Positions 62,391-64,000 of a DNA stretch of 64,000 nt are shown here, one piece after another. The notes under the pieces are model-generated. The model had not been told where the DNA came from. It saw only the letters and a program-made list of their open reading frames with translations, and made no database searches. Positions within the stretch are counted from its first letter, which is position 1, and every line of letters begins with the position of its first letter. The translations under genes and the position numbers were made by a program. This DNA is from Lingula anatina (Eukaryota; Animalia; Brachiopoda), in assembly GCA_051362555.1 (NCBI GenBank), contig CM120645.1, positions 19,716,001-19,780,000 of the forward strand, in the 5' to 3' direction.

Positions 62391-63709
62391 CTGAAATAGC
62401 AAGGTCAAGGTTATGGTCAAATTAAGGTCAAGTTCAAAGTCAGCAGATGACATGATAGAGTGTCTGCATGAGAACAAGAAATATAGCATGGACAGCTGTC
62501 TTAATTCTATGAATTCTGACTCATAATTATTTTACATAGATAACATATATCAACATTTGCATAAGAATCTAAACTTGACAGAGAACAATTTTTGTAGCTA
62601 TAAAGTTGTTAGATATGTGTCCCCAAAAATACGGGTTGATTTACATTCCATTCCATGTAGGGCACATGACATTGCTGGTGTTCATGTTTTAAAAAATAAA
62701 TGCAATGCATAAAAATGTTGGACAAAAAGAAGGATAATCACATGAACTATCACTTAAACCACTGAACTCACGAAAAGTATATATATATAGCAACATCATT
62801 ACAATATAATGAAAGTGATCCATGAACCAACCAGCCTGCCATCTAGCAATGCAAGCAATCCGTACCAGACAATAAGTAAACTAAATATTTACTGTAACTT
62901 ATTCACCAGTATATAATATACGAGCACATAAACAGAAACACATTACGTGACCAAGCTAGTGAATTCTCCGTGTTCTTCTTGAAAAAAAAAAAAAAAACCG
63001 TCTTAGTCATATACAAAACTCAACAAAACAGTTCTTAATATCAACTCGTGCTTGCCAGCGGTAGATTGACATAAGTCTATAAATTCCAAAGCACCGATTC
63101 CCCAATCTTTTCCCACAGCTGTTTATATCACCAAGCAGATGCATTCTGTGAGCAGAAGCCACTCTGTGAGCCATTCTTTGGTGAAATAATCAAATCTGGT
63201 TACCCAAGACATTATCTGATTTGCATTCTATGTCAAACATGCCTGTCAATACGCAAGAGACTGAAGCAGTGAGAACAATAAAATCACAAGAGTCCCTTCA
63301 TAAACATTGTATTAAATAGAACTAGAGTTAAAATACTTCCTGCCATTGGAAAATTTAAAATAAGTTGATGTTTTTTTAAAGACTTGATAAGTGAGTGTGG
63401 GTGTTAAGCTGTGCAGAGCCTGTTTAATTTACCCATGTGTGTAGGTCGTTCATACAAGGTCTATATTAAACTGGGATTGGTCCAACTTTCATTATTGAAC
63501 AACCACATAACAAAGATCACGTAAGATCTCATACACCTAAAACCCCAGAAAATCATTATTATAATGGTCAGATTAACTAACAACTTTCCAGGGATTCAGA
63601 TGTCTGAGATTTACTGGGGATCTCTGGGATATCAAGCTGGTGGTCTGATAACGTGAGTATACCCAATCTCCAGTCTTCAGGCCTTGTGTGAACTGACCAG
63701 TTAACTTAC

Positions 63710-63718
63710 CAGAGGGAA
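63710..63718 (-). CDS. Candidate 9-nt microexon (FPL) of IFT122
   Basis: actgacttcataacctttctcttcctgcag|TTCCCTCTG|gtaagt: branch point, strong pyrimidine tract and consensus donor. Frame-preserving ahead of the phase-0 GFVVG exon. Confidence 0.5.
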
Positions 63719-64000
63719 CTGCAGGAAGAGAAAGGTTATGAAGTCAGTACATGCACACACTTATAGAACTTATGGCACATTCAGACAGAGTAAGGCTTGG
63801 ATCGATTTGGATCTAAACAGCATCACCAGACATCCGCATATATTTTTTTCTAGTTAGTAAGGCATTTTATACCCAGGGGAGATGGAGATGATGGTGCCCC
63901 CCCCCCTCCCCCCCAATCACAAAATTAATGTATCAATTAATTAAAAAAATTATAATAGAACCTGCTAATAAAGTCACTAAGCAGCAAATTGCTGGGCTGT

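Overview
AT-rich, intron-rich animal genomic DNA. A lophotrochozoan or mollusc is inferred from the repeat types and GPCR class; this is not established. Nearly all listed six-frame ORFs are spurious or exon fragments, so genes were rebuilt by hand from splice sites. Gene order: RPS19 5' end (-), MEIG1 (+), a 12-exon gene (-) encoding a 492-aa fusion of two bacterial-type glycosyltransferases (DUF2064/TIGR04282 + GT2/TIGR04283, the radical-SAM/selenodomain- and arsenosugar-associated pair), an intronless class A GPCR (+), PSMD6 (-), APPL (+), PRPF18 (+) and the 3' part of IFT122 (-). Intron 10 of the glycosyltransferase gene holds a nested antisense gene for a small secreted Cys-rich peptide. 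Its best splice model contains an in-frame UGA, and a SECIS-like hairpin lies downstream, so it is a candidate novel selenopeptide or a nonsense allele. Other elements: two U12-type introns and a candidate 9-nt microexon in IFT122, Tourist-like MITE families (one chimeric copy), a deleted hAT element with a 5-bp TSD, and two Helentron/HINE-like elements, one carrying a 146-bp satellite with higher-order structure.
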